Sequence record: MH675927.1
Length of the DNA stretch: 64,000 nucleotides
Direction: 5' to 3' (one strand)
DNA from: Escherichia phage vB_vPM_PD114
Shown: piece by piece, positions 48,467 to 55,089 of the stretch
Numbering within the stretch: position 1 is the first letter of the stretch
Layout of the letters: each line of letters opens with the position of its first letter
Program-made: the position numbers and the translations under genes
The notes under the pieces: model-generated
What the model was told of the DNA's origin: nothing
Database searches by the model: none
What the model saw: only the letters and a program-made list of their open reading frames with translations

Positions 48467-48506
48467 TAGAGAACATAAAGTCCTAACGCAACTAAGGAGA
48501 TAAAGA

Positions 48507-49400
48507 ATGAAAGTTAGTATTCTGCATGGTGTTGACTGTTATGTTACTGATGTAGACGTTAAAGTGTTTACATTCTCTGGTGGAGAACAACATGTTCAAT
48601 TAGATACGAATCTATCAGGTTTCAATCATGCTACAGACAGAATCTTACTCACTTTAGAAGTAAGATCTGCTAAAGACTTGATGACTTTGGTTATGACTAA
48701 GAATGCATTGGACAATATGCTATATCATAAACCATATTGTGTTGATTTACTCATGTTGTATGTGCCGTATGCACGACAAGACAGAGTGTGTGAGCCTGGG
48801 GAAGCATTCGGAGTTAAAGCATTTGCTTCTATAATTAATTCATTAAATTTCTCACGTGTTATCGTTGCTGATCCGCATAGTGATGTTACTCCAGCAGTGT
48901 TTGACAGACTCTGTGTAATACCTCAAGAGGAGATTGCTTACGAAACTTTAAAGTGGAAGTTACGTATGGAGAATTTTGCTCTTGTTAGCCCTGATGGTGG
49001 TGCTCTTAAGAAAATATTTAAATTATCTAAGAAAATGTCTTTAGATGTGTTCTGTGCAGAGAAGGTTAGAGATACCGCAACAGGTGCTATTGTTCGTACA
49101 GACATTTCTGTACAGGATTTCAATAAGCGTAACCTGATGATCGTAGATGATATCTGTGATGGTGGTAGAACTTTTATTGAATTGGCTAAAGTGCTACGTG
49201 CTCGTAACGCAGGTAAGATTGAGTTATATGTTACACACGGTATCTTCTCTAAAGGTCTTAAAGAGTTGAGTGAACACTTTGACTGCATTCATTCTCTTAA
49301 TGTGTGGGAAGATAACATCCAAGAAGATTCCGGTGTTCTTGTTAAGAATCAGTCAGATTTGCAACAACAAATTGTATCTCCATACGTGTGGAATTTTTAA
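48507..49400 (+). CDS. ribose-phosphate pyrophosphokinase-like enzyme (Prs homolog; Adps-type candidate)
   Basis: YARQDR motif and PRPP-binding loop LMIVDDICDGGRT; SD taaggagataaaga. Confidence 0.75.
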   Translation: MKVSILHGVDCYVTDVDVKVFTFSGGEQHVQLDTNLSGFNHATDRILLTLEVRSAKDLMTLVMTKNALDNMLYHKPYCVDLLMLYVPYARQDRVCEPGEAFGVKAFASIINSLNFSRVIVADPHSDVTPAVFDRLCVIPQEEIAYETLKWKLRMENFALVSPDGGALKKIFKLSKKMSLDVFCAEKVRDTATGAIVRTDISVQDFNKRNLMIVDDICDGGRTFIELAKVLRARNAGKIELYVTHGIFSKGLKELSEHFDCIHSLNVWEDNIQEDSGVLVKNQSDLQQQIVSPYVWNF

Positions 49401-49410
49401 ATAATAAGTG

Positions 49411-49439
49411 TTGACAATAGGGAGTATGCTTAGTAAGAT
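49411..49439 (+). promoter_or_regulatory. sigma70-like promoter (TTGACA-N17-TAAGAT)
   Basis: near-consensus hexamers upstream of 49472 gene. Confidence 0.5.
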
Positions 49440-49471
49440 ACTCCCACATTAACAAACAAGGAGACATAACT

Positions 49472-51205
49472 ATGAATATTTTTGCACCTTTTGCTACTGA
49501 TTGGTACAAACCTGGTCACAAGCAGATGTACAATCAAAATACAAAACTCATTTTCTCTAATTTAACTCCTCGTAATGATAAAAACTTTGCACACTATGCA
49601 GATCGTGAAGCACGTGGTGTGATTGTTTTAGGTATTCGTCGAGCAGTCACTGATGCTCTTGTAACTATGTGGGATAGCTTCTTTAAAATGTCTCGTAGTG
49701 CAGCAGTAAATAAATTTTATCGTATGTCTAAAAATGCATTAGGTGCTTCTGCTCCTTCTGCTGAATGTTGGGGAGAATTGCACGATTTAGGTTATCTTCC
49801 GCTGGAAGTTCGATCTCTGCCAGAAGGTGTTTTGTGTCCTATTGGTGTTCCTGTGTTTACTGTGCATAATACTTTAGAAAAATTCTTTTGGTTAACTAAC
49901 TATGTGGAAACACTGTTGTCAGATGAAACTTGGAAGACAATGACTAATGCCACAGCAGCTTTTCAGTATAAGCGTATCGCTATGGCATATGCGATGGCAA
50001 CGTGTGATAATATTGATCACGTTAACTTCCAGTGTCATGACTTTAGCCTACGTGGTTTAAGTAATATCGAAGATGGTTATAAGAGTGGTATCGCTCACTT
50101 GGCATCGTTCACAGGAACAGATAATATTCTGGCTATTGAAACTGTGCATGACTATTATGGTATTGATTATGATCAGTTTGTTGCAGGTTCTATTCCGGCA
50201 ACAGAACATTCAGTAGCAACGACTAACATTGGAGCTATTGTTGAAGATCTGAAGAAACATTTCCCACATCTTAAAGATGATGTAGATGGGCTTCGTTATG
50301 TAGCAGAAAAAGAGTTTCTTCGTCGTTATATCGAAGAAATTGTTCCAGAAGGTTTTTGTTCATATGTAGCAGACTCTTATGACTATTGGGCTGTATTGAC
50401 TCGCATTCTGGTAGAATTGAAAGATTCCATTATGTCACGAAATGGTCGTCTTGTTATTCGTCCAGATTCAGGAGATCCGGTTAAAGTTGTTGCAGGATAC
50501 AATGTTGAATCTTTTGATAACTATGAAGACCTCTTAAATAATGGTATTGCGACAGCCACTGAAGTAGTTCATTTGGCTGATGTTAATAAGTATTACAATG
50601 TTCTTCAGGATTGCAGTGTTGCTGACTGTATTGATGAAACTTATGAGATTCCTTATTGTGAAGCAGTAGGTTCTATTCAAATCCTTTGGGAAGTGTTTGG
50701 TGGTACTATCAACCGAAAAGGCTACAAGGTTCTTGATCAGCATATCGGTATGATTTATGGTGATTCTATTACTGTTGAACGAGAACACGAGATCTTACGC
50801 CGACTGAAGAAGAAAGGTTTTGCAGCTTCCAATATTGTATTTGGTGTTGGTAGTTATACTTATCAGTTCAATACACGAGATACTTTTGGTTTTGCTGTTA
50901 AAGCAACAGGTAGTATTATCGGTGAACACGAAATTTTGGTAAGTAAGGAGCCTAAAACTGATCCTGGTAAACGCTCTGCAAAAGGTTTTATTAAGGTTGT
51001 TAAGGATACCAATGGTAATCTGTCTCTTGTAGATAATCTTTCTTTTAAAGATATCCAGGATGAAGACAATGAGTTACAAGTTATCTTCAAGGATGGTAAG
51101 GTTATTACACCACAAGTAGAAGGCCGTGATGAAACATTCACTGATATCCGCAACCGTGTTGACGTAGAGGTTCTTCGTACTATGGGAACCATCCAGGTTG
51201 ACTAA
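49472..51205 (+). CDS. nicotinamide phosphoribosyltransferase family enzyme (Nampt homolog; Namat-type candidate)
   Basis: Nampt-family blocks HDFSLRG, LVIRPDSGDP, GMIYGDSIT, KTDPGKRSAKG; 577 aa with N-terminal extension. Confidence 0.8.
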   Translation: MNIFAPFATDWYKPGHKQMYNQNTKLIFSNLTPRNDKNFAHYADREARGVIVLGIRRAVTDALVTMWDSFFKMSRSAAVNKFYRMSKNALGASAPSAECWGELHDLGYLPLEVRSLPEGVLCPIGVPVFTVHNTLEKFFWLTNYVETLLSDETWKTMTNATAAFQYKRIAMAYAMATCDNIDHVNFQCHDFSLRGLSNIEDGYKSGIAHLASFTGTDNILAIETVHDYYGIDYDQFVAGSIPATEHSVATTNIGAIVEDLKKHFPHLKDDVDGLRYVAEKEFLRRYIEEIVPEGFCSYVADSYDYWAVLTRILVELKDSIMSRNGRLVIRPDSGDPVKVVAGYNVESFDNYEDLLNNGIATATEVVHLADVNKYYNVLQDCSVADCIDETYEIPYCEAVGSIQILWEVFGGTINRKGYKVLDQHIGMIYGDSITVEREHEILRRLKKKGFAASNIVFGVGSYTYQFNTRDTFGFAVKATGSIIGEHEILVSKEPKTDPGKRSAKGFIKVVKDTNGNLSLVDNLSFKDIQDEDNELQVIFKDGKVITPQVEGRDETFTDIRNRVDVEVLRTMGTIQVD

Positions 51206-51276
51206 ATAAAAACTTCGTGATAAGATTAAGGTAAGGAGAGCCTACAACTGCCCTGGATGGGCTTCACGAAGGATTT

Positions 51277-51498
51277 ATGAAACAACATAATTTTTATTTT
51301 CGTTGCCGAGCCTGTAACAGACACTTGACTAATCATTCCCGTAGAGACAGGAATGGTAATATTCAAGAGTCGGATCTATGCTCGATTTGTACAAGTTTGG
51401 CATTCGATGACAGTCCCGAAAGGGTTTATCAACATCAAAGTGTAACTGATCTTCTTCTAAATTACACAACACCAGAGGAGGAATTAGATTTCACATAA
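51277..51498 (+). CDS. hypothetical Cys-rich protein
   Basis: track ORF; CRACNRH and CSICTS Cys pairs. Confidence 0.5.
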   Translation: MKQHNFYFRCRACNRHLTNHSRRDRNGNIQESDLCSICTSLAFDDSPERVYQHQSVTDLLLNYTTPEEELDFT

Positions 51499-51511
51499 TT
51501 AAGGAAACAGT

Positions 51512-51622
51512 ATGTCTACAGAAATTATTTTTGGCTTATCTGTTTTTATTGCTATTGTATCTTTTGTATGCGGTTATACACTAGGTTACAGATCAAGAAA
51601 AAATATTGTAAAAACTAGTTGA
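51512..51622 (+). CDS. small hydrophobic peptide (36 aa)
   Basis: SD taaggaaacag before ATG; hydrophobic. Confidence 0.35.
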   Translation: MSTEIIFGLSVFIAIVSFVCGYTLGYRSRKNIVKTS

Positions 51623-51648
51623 CAACATAGCTAGTTATTTGCTAAGAT
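51619..51648 (+). promoter_or_regulatory. sigma70-like promoter (TTGACA-N18-TAAGAT)
   Basis: upstream of 51679 gene. Confidence 0.45.
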
Positions 51649-51678
51649 AAGCACAAGTTAAACAAAAAGGAGAAAACT

Positions 51679-51945
51679 ATGACAGAACGTACTTATGGTA
51701 AAGAATTGATTGAGAAGCACGTATTGATTGATAATAAAGGTGGAGCAATCTTTATTTTTGAACCTGAATCAGTTCTTACTGAAAACGAAAATGGTAGCGT
51801 TAGCCTTAAAACAGAAAGTTTGGTAATTGACTTCCTTGCTCTTCTGGATGAAATGGGGCTTCCGCACGAAGAAGAAGCAGCTATTGCTTTGATTACAGTT
51901 CTTCTGGAGAAACGCGAAGCTGGTGAAATGACCCAGTATGCTTAA
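51679..51945 (+). CDS. hypothetical protein
   Basis: track ORF; SD aaaggagaaaac. Confidence 0.55.
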   Translation: MTERTYGKELIEKHVLIDNKGGAIFIFEPESVLTENENGSVSLKTESLVIDFLALLDEMGLPHEEEAAIALITVLLEKREAGEMTQYA

Positions 51946-51952
51946 TATTCAA

Positions 51953-52028
51953 GGTTCCATAGCTCACTGACGAGAGCGCACACCTCATAAGTGTCGAGGG
52001 CAGGGATTGTAACCCTGGGGAACCACCA
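51953..52028 (+). tRNA. tRNA with CAT anticodon (Met or Ile-lysidine), atypical T-loop
   Basis: acceptor GGTTCC/GGAACC, D-arm GCTC-actgacga-GAGC, anticodon loop CTCATAA, 3' ACCA; T-loop ATTGTAA non-canonical, 7:66 mismatch. Confidence 0.45.
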
Positions 52029-52059
52029 TTTAAAAGGAGATGCTATGCATCTCCTATAT

Positions 52060-52145
52060 GCAAGTGTGGTGGAATTGGTGATACACATTGTGCTTAAAAC
52101 GCAACGCTTAAATGATTGAGGGTTCGAATCCCTCCACTTGCACCA
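52060..52145 (+). tRNA. tRNA-Leu (TAA)
   Basis: 7-bp acceptor GCAAGTG/CACTTGC, anticodon loop CTTAAAA, long variable arm, T-arm GAGGGTTCGAATCCCTC, encoded CCA. Confidence 0.7.
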
Positions 52146-52147
52146 AC

Positions 52148-52253
52148 GCCTAGTAGGGTATTTGGTAATTCCGAGGCCATCAAAGCCTGAAAAATATGTT
52201 AGACCGCTTTGTCTAACTAAATACGAAATATGGTTCGATTCCATAACTAGGCT
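52148..52253 (+). ncRNA. atypical 106-nt tRNA-like RNA (possible TCA anticodon hairpin, long extra arm)
   Basis: perfect 7-bp acceptor GCCTAGT/ACTAGGC and canonical T-arm TATGGTTCGATTCCATA but about 30 nt too long; 7-bp extra hairpin gttagac-cgcttt-gtctaac; fold not computed. Confidence 0.3.
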
Positions 52254-52285
52254 TCAATTTAAATAATAATTTTAGTAAAAATATC

Positions 52286-52314
52286 TTGACATTCACTTAG
52301 TTTTTTGTTATAGT
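52286..52314 (+). promoter_or_regulatory. sigma70-like promoter (TTGACA-N17-TATAGT)
   Basis: about 12 nt upstream of tRNA-like gene at 52326. Confidence 0.5.
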
Positions 52315-52325
52315 TACTGTGAAAA

Positions 52326-52407
52326 CGGGGTGTATCTCACCTGACTTCTAATCAGGCGTTAACCGAGTAATTGGAGTATGCAGGTTCGAATCCTGTCACC
52401 CCGACCA
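52326..52407 (+). ncRNA. atypical tRNA-like RNA with TCT (Arg-type) anticodon hairpin, no canonical D-arm
   Basis: 7/7 acceptor CGGGGTG/CACCCCG, T-arm GCAGGTTCGAATCCTGT, ACCA end; anticodon-like hairpin cctga-CTTCTAA-tcagg begins at position 15. Confidence 0.35.
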
Positions 52408-52425
52408 AAAAGTTTTAAAAACTAC

Positions 52426-52454
52426 TTGACAAGCAAGATAGTTTTATGTTAGAT
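52426..52454 (+). promoter_or_regulatory. sigma70-like promoter (TTGACA-N17-TTAGAT)
   Basis: upstream of tRNA-Ser at 52471. Confidence 0.5.
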
Positions 52455-52470
52455 TTAAAGTATGATAACG

Positions 52471-52560
52471 GGAAGGTAGGGCGCAGCGGTGCGCAACCAG
52501 GTTTGAACCCTGGCCCATTGTAGCGATACGGTGATGGTTCGACTCCATTATCTTCCTCCA
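52471..52560 (+). tRNA. tRNA-Ser (TGA)
   Basis: acceptor GGAAGGT/ATCTTCC (one GU), D-stem GCGC, anticodon stem CCAGG/CCTGG loop TTTGAAC, long variable arm, T-arm, CCA; anchored to ORF track at 52531. Confidence 0.65.
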
Positions 52561-52578
52561 AATTCAACTAGGAGCTTT

Positions 52579-52731
52579 ATGAATTATAAAACTATTGGAC
52601 AGGTTGTTACCGGAGTTAAGATTGTAGATAATAAAGTTGTTTATGAGTATTCTAATCTTCAACAATCTGAAGATGGTAAAAATATTCGTATGGTAAAAGC
52701 AGAACAAAAAGATTCCGGTTGTTTTGAATAA
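52579..52731 (+). CDS. hypothetical protein (50 aa)
   Basis: track ORF 52531..52731 overlaps tRNA-Ser; trimmed to ATG after taggagc. Confidence 0.45.
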   Translation: MNYKTIGQVVTGVKIVDNKVVYEYSNLQQSEDGKNIRMVKAEQKDSGCFE

Positions 52732-52739
52732 TTAAGAAC

Positions 52740-52825
52740 GGTAGATTGGTGAAATGGTAGCCACAACAGTTTGCTAAACTGTCGTCGGAAACGGCGTGTA
52801 GGTTCAAGTCCTACATCTACCGCCA
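52740..52825 (+). tRNA. tRNA-Ser (GCT)
   Basis: perfect acceptor GGTAGAT/ATCTACC, anticodon stem ACAGT/ACTGT loop TTGCTAA, long variable arm, T-arm GTAGGTTCAAGTCCTAC, CCA. Confidence 0.7.
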
Positions 52826-52845
52826 AATTTATGCGAGGAGGATGT

Positions 52846-53226
52846 ATGCCAAGCAATGATTATATGCGGGAATACATGAAAACTCGGTGGCAGAAGCGAA
52901 GAGCTTCCGCAATCCTCCAGCTTGGAGGTAAATGTGTTAATTGTGGGTCTGTAGATGACTTGGAATTTGATCATAAAGATTCAAGCGAGAAGAAGTTTTA
53001 TATTAGTCGAATGAGTTCATGCTCTGAGGCTAAATGGCAGGAAGAACTTGCCAAATGTCAACTTTTGTGCCATGACTGTCACATGAAGAAGACAAGAATA
53101 TCCCAAGACATGGGAAACAGAATTAGAACAACGGTGTGTGTTTGCGGGGCAGTATTTTATAGTACAAAGGCTTATGCTGGACATACACGGTGGTGTAAAG
53201 AGTATGCATCGTTAGCCAAGCGGTAA
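52846..53226 (+). CDS. HNH endonuclease (free-standing, inside tRNA cluster)
   Basis: CVNCGS..DHKD..CHDCH HNH motifs; track ORF 52771..53226 begins inside tRNA-Ser, trimmed to ATG after gaggagg; 3' end overlaps tRNA-Lys by about 21 nt. Confidence 0.65.
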   Translation: MPSNDYMREYMKTRWQKRRASAILQLGGKCVNCGSVDDLEFDHKDSSEKKFYISRMSSCSEAKWQEELAKCQLLCHDCHMKKTRISQDMGNRIRTTVCVCGAVFYSTKAYAGHTRWCKEYASLAKR

Positions 53227-53280
53227 GGCACTTGACTTTTAATCAAGGGAGCGAAGGTTCGAATCCTTCACGATGTACCA
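53206..53280 (+). tRNA. tRNA-Lys (TTT)
   Basis: acceptor GCATCGT/ACGATGT (G1-U72), anticodon stem CTTGA/TCAAG loop CTTTTAA, T-arm GAAGGTTCGAATCCTTC, CCA. Confidence 0.7.
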
Positions 53281-53285
53281 AACAC

Positions 53286-53372
53286 GTAGGTATCGCATAG
53301 CGGCAATTGCTGGAGACTGTAAATCTCCTGCCCTTCGGGGCTTCGTTGGTTCGAGTCCAACTACCTGCACCA
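53286..53372 (+). tRNA. tRNA-Tyr (GTA)
   Basis: acceptor GTAGGTA/TACCTGC, anticodon stem GGAGA/TCTCC loop CTGTAAA, long variable arm, T-arm, CCA. Confidence 0.7.
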
Positions 53373-53379
53373 AATTAAA

Positions 53380-53463
53380 GATGGATTGGCCTAGTGGTTG
53401 GGCGACGGACTGTTAATCCGTGAACGAAAGTTCTAGCAAGGTTCAAATCCTTGATCCATCGCC
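53380..53463 (+). tRNA. type II (long variable arm) tRNA with GTT anticodon (Asn-decoding)
   Basis: perfect acceptor GATGGAT/ATCCATC, anticodon stem ACGGA/TCCGT loop CTGTTAA, extra arm gaac-gaaa-gttc, T-arm CAAGGTTCAAATCCTTG, CCA. Confidence 0.5.
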
Positions 53464-53471
53464 AGAATTAT

Positions 53472-53548
53472 GGACTTGTAGAGTTAAGGTAAACCCTCAG
53501 TCGCAAAGAGGCTTCTGGAATTGCAGGTATCGAATCCTGCCGAGTCCA
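53472..53548 (+). ncRNA. degenerate tRNA-like element
   Basis: acceptor GGACTTG/CGAGTCC and 8-nt T-loop GCAGG-TATCGAAT-CCTGC but no canonical 5-7-5 anticodon arm; no CCA. Confidence 0.3.
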
Positions 53549-53554
53549 ATTATT

Positions 53555-53629
53555 GCTCCTATCGTATAACGGCTATTACGGTTGCCTTGTAAGCAACTTA
53601 TCAGGGTTCGAGTCCTTGTGGGAGCACCA
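53555..53629 (+). tRNA. tRNA-Thr (TGT)
   Basis: acceptor GCTCCTA/TGGGAGC, D-arm GTA..TAC, anticodon stem GTTGC/GCAAC loop CTTGTAA, T-arm, CCA. Confidence 0.7.
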
Positions 53630-53652
53630 ATTTTAACTCTAAAGGAGTGTAT

Positions 53653-53976
53653 GTGACAGAAAAAGAGTTAGAGAAATATTTTAATATCAATGTTTTCGAT
53701 GGTTTTGATGATATTGAAGATGTTGAAAGATATTATGAAGTAGAGTTAGATAAGGATAACATTGTAATTCTTTCTGCCACTTATGATTGTGCATATTATG
53801 AAGGTGAATCTCACGTTTATTTTTATGATATGAAAACATCTTTGTTTTATGAAGTACACGCATATCATTGTTCTTGTTATGGTTTAGAAGGTCAGTGGGA
53901 ACCTGAAGAAATAGGTGATTTGAGCTTTACGGTTGCATATCTAAACAGACGTGGTGCATCTACTATTTTAAAATAA
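53653..53976 (+). CDS. hypothetical protein
   Basis: track ORF 53647..53976; probable start at second GTG after aaaggag. Confidence 0.5.
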   Translation: MTEKELEKYFNINVFDGFDDIEDVERYYEVELDKDNIVILSATYDCAYYEGESHVYFYDMKTSLFYEVHAYHCSCYGLEGQWEPEEIGDLSFTVAYLNRRGASTILK

Positions 53977-53990
53977 ATATTAAAAGCCTC

Positions 53991-54020
53991 TTGACAAAGG
54001 GGCTAATAATATGTTAGAGT
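53991..54020 (+). promoter_or_regulatory. sigma70-like promoter (TTGACA-N17-TTAGAG)
   Basis: upstream of tRNA-Gly. Confidence 0.5.
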
Positions 54021-54031
54021 AATATTGTTAA

Positions 54032-54106
54032 GCGGGTATAGTGTTAATGGTAGCATATGAGGTTTCCACCCTCCAGGTGCAGGTTCAAGTCCTGTTACTC
54101 GCTCCA
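54032..54106 (+). tRNA. tRNA-Gly (TCC)
   Basis: acceptor GCGGGTA/TACTCGC (one GU), anticodon loop TTTCCAC, T-arm GCAGGTTCAAGTCCTGT, CCA. Confidence 0.7.
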
Positions 54107-54537
54107 AGATTATTTAAATGGAATCGCTAGAGAAAATTTCTCTTTTCGCTCATGGTTTTCTCCTTCAAACTCTAGCGGTTCTTTTTAAGTGATTTTTTAG
54201 TTTATTGGAGATTCACTGCCTTAGTGTGAGCTAAAATCGAGGAGCCATCGAACTGTCTGATTAATGATTTGCGAATCATTATAGTTTTAAGACCCCGGCA
54301 GTTTTATGGTGTACCTCTTGAATGTGAATGATGACGGGTTTATGGTTATCCTGGTCGTTAAATATCCAAAAACCTATGTTCCCCTTGAGGGCTTGCGCAG
54401 GCAATGCCAATAAGTCCTGCATTTTCATTTAAAAGAGAATTTATAATGGAAAAAGATGAACTTAAGTATGCTAAGCCTCTGGCTTCTGCTGCACGAAAAG
54501 CAGTTCGTCACTTTGTGGTAACACTGAAGTAATTTAT
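54107..54537 (+). other. structured noncoding spacer inside tRNA cluster (candidate small RNAs)
   Basis: 8-bp stem cgctagag/ctctagcg then U-tract (approx 54125-54190); hairpin taatgatt-tgcg-aatcatta (approx 54259-54278); gcagg..cctgc hairpin plus U-tract (approx 54393-54430); no convincing ORF. Confidence 0.35.
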
Positions 54538-54612
54538 TGGAGATTAGCCTAGTGGGAAGGCAACGGCCTTTGAAGTCGTGATGACTAGGTTCGATTCCTA
54601 GATCTCCAGCCA
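54538..54612 (+). tRNA. tRNA-Gln (TTG)
   Basis: perfect acceptor TGGAGAT/ATCTCCA, D-stem GCC/GGC, anticodon loop CTTTGAA, T-arm CTAGGTTCGATTCCTAG, CCA. Confidence 0.7.
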
Positions 54613-54619
54613 AGATTTA

Positions 54620-54695
54620 CAGTGCGTAGCGCAGTTGGTAGCGTGGGAGCCTTGGACGCTTCAGGTCGCAGGTTCGAGTCCTGCCGCACTGACCA
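54620..54695 (+). tRNA. tRNA-Pro (TGG)
   Basis: perfect acceptor CAGTGCG/CGCACTG, D-arm GCGC-AGTTGGTA-GCGT, anticodon loop CTTGGAC, T-arm GCAGGTTCGAGTCCTGC, CCA. Confidence 0.75.
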
Positions 54696-54700
54696 AATTT

Positions 54701-54775
54701 GCAGAGATAGCTGAGACGGATTAGTGCTACCCTGAAAAGGTAGAAAGGATGGATCGTTACCATCTCTCTGCACCA
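54701..54775 (+). tRNA. tRNA-Phe (GAA)
   Basis: perfect acceptor GCAGAGA/TCTCTGC, anticodon stem CTACC/GGTAG loop CTGAAAA, T-arm GATGGATCGTTACCATC, CCA. Confidence 0.7.
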
Positions 54776-54852
54776 AATAACACCATCCAAGGAGTAGACT
54801 TGGTTAACTGTCAATAGCACATTGAGGCTTCTTACAGTGGTGTACTTATTAT

Positions 54853-54937
54853 GGCTAAGTGGTGGAATGGTATACACGATACGCTTAGAACGTATTGCCC
54901 CAAGGGATTGTGAGTTCGAGTCTCACCTTAGCTACCA
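54853..54937 (+). tRNA. tRNA-Leu (TAG)
   Basis: acceptor GGCTAAG/CTTAGCT (G1-U72), anticodon stem ATACG/CGTAT loop CTTAGAA, long variable arm, T-arm GTGAGTTCGAGTCTCAC, CCA. Confidence 0.7.
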
Positions 54938-54952
54938 AATTATTACAGATTG

Positions 54953-55031
54953 CGCGGGATAGAGGAGTCTGGTCGTCCTCGCCAGTTTCATATGCTGGAG
55001 ATCATCGGTTCAAATCCGATTCCCGCCTCCA
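54953..55031 (+). tRNA. tRNA-Met (CAT), possible initiator type
   Basis: acceptor CGCGGGA/TCCCGCC with 1:72 mismatch, D-stem GAGG/CCTC, anticodon loop TTCATAT, T-arm ATCGGTTCAAATCCGAT, CCA. Confidence 0.55.
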
Positions 55032-55089
55032 CTAAATACCTCCCTTCTGGTGTAATGATTAAATTACATTGACACCTCAAGGAACTCAT

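Noticed and set aside
51942-52244. 100-aa - strand ORF (similar cases 52659..52856, 54425..54613, 54585..54776, 54617..54877)
   Set aside because: These run antisense across tRNA genes with canonical cloverleaf features; tRNA GC-rich stems commonly create spurious ORFs.
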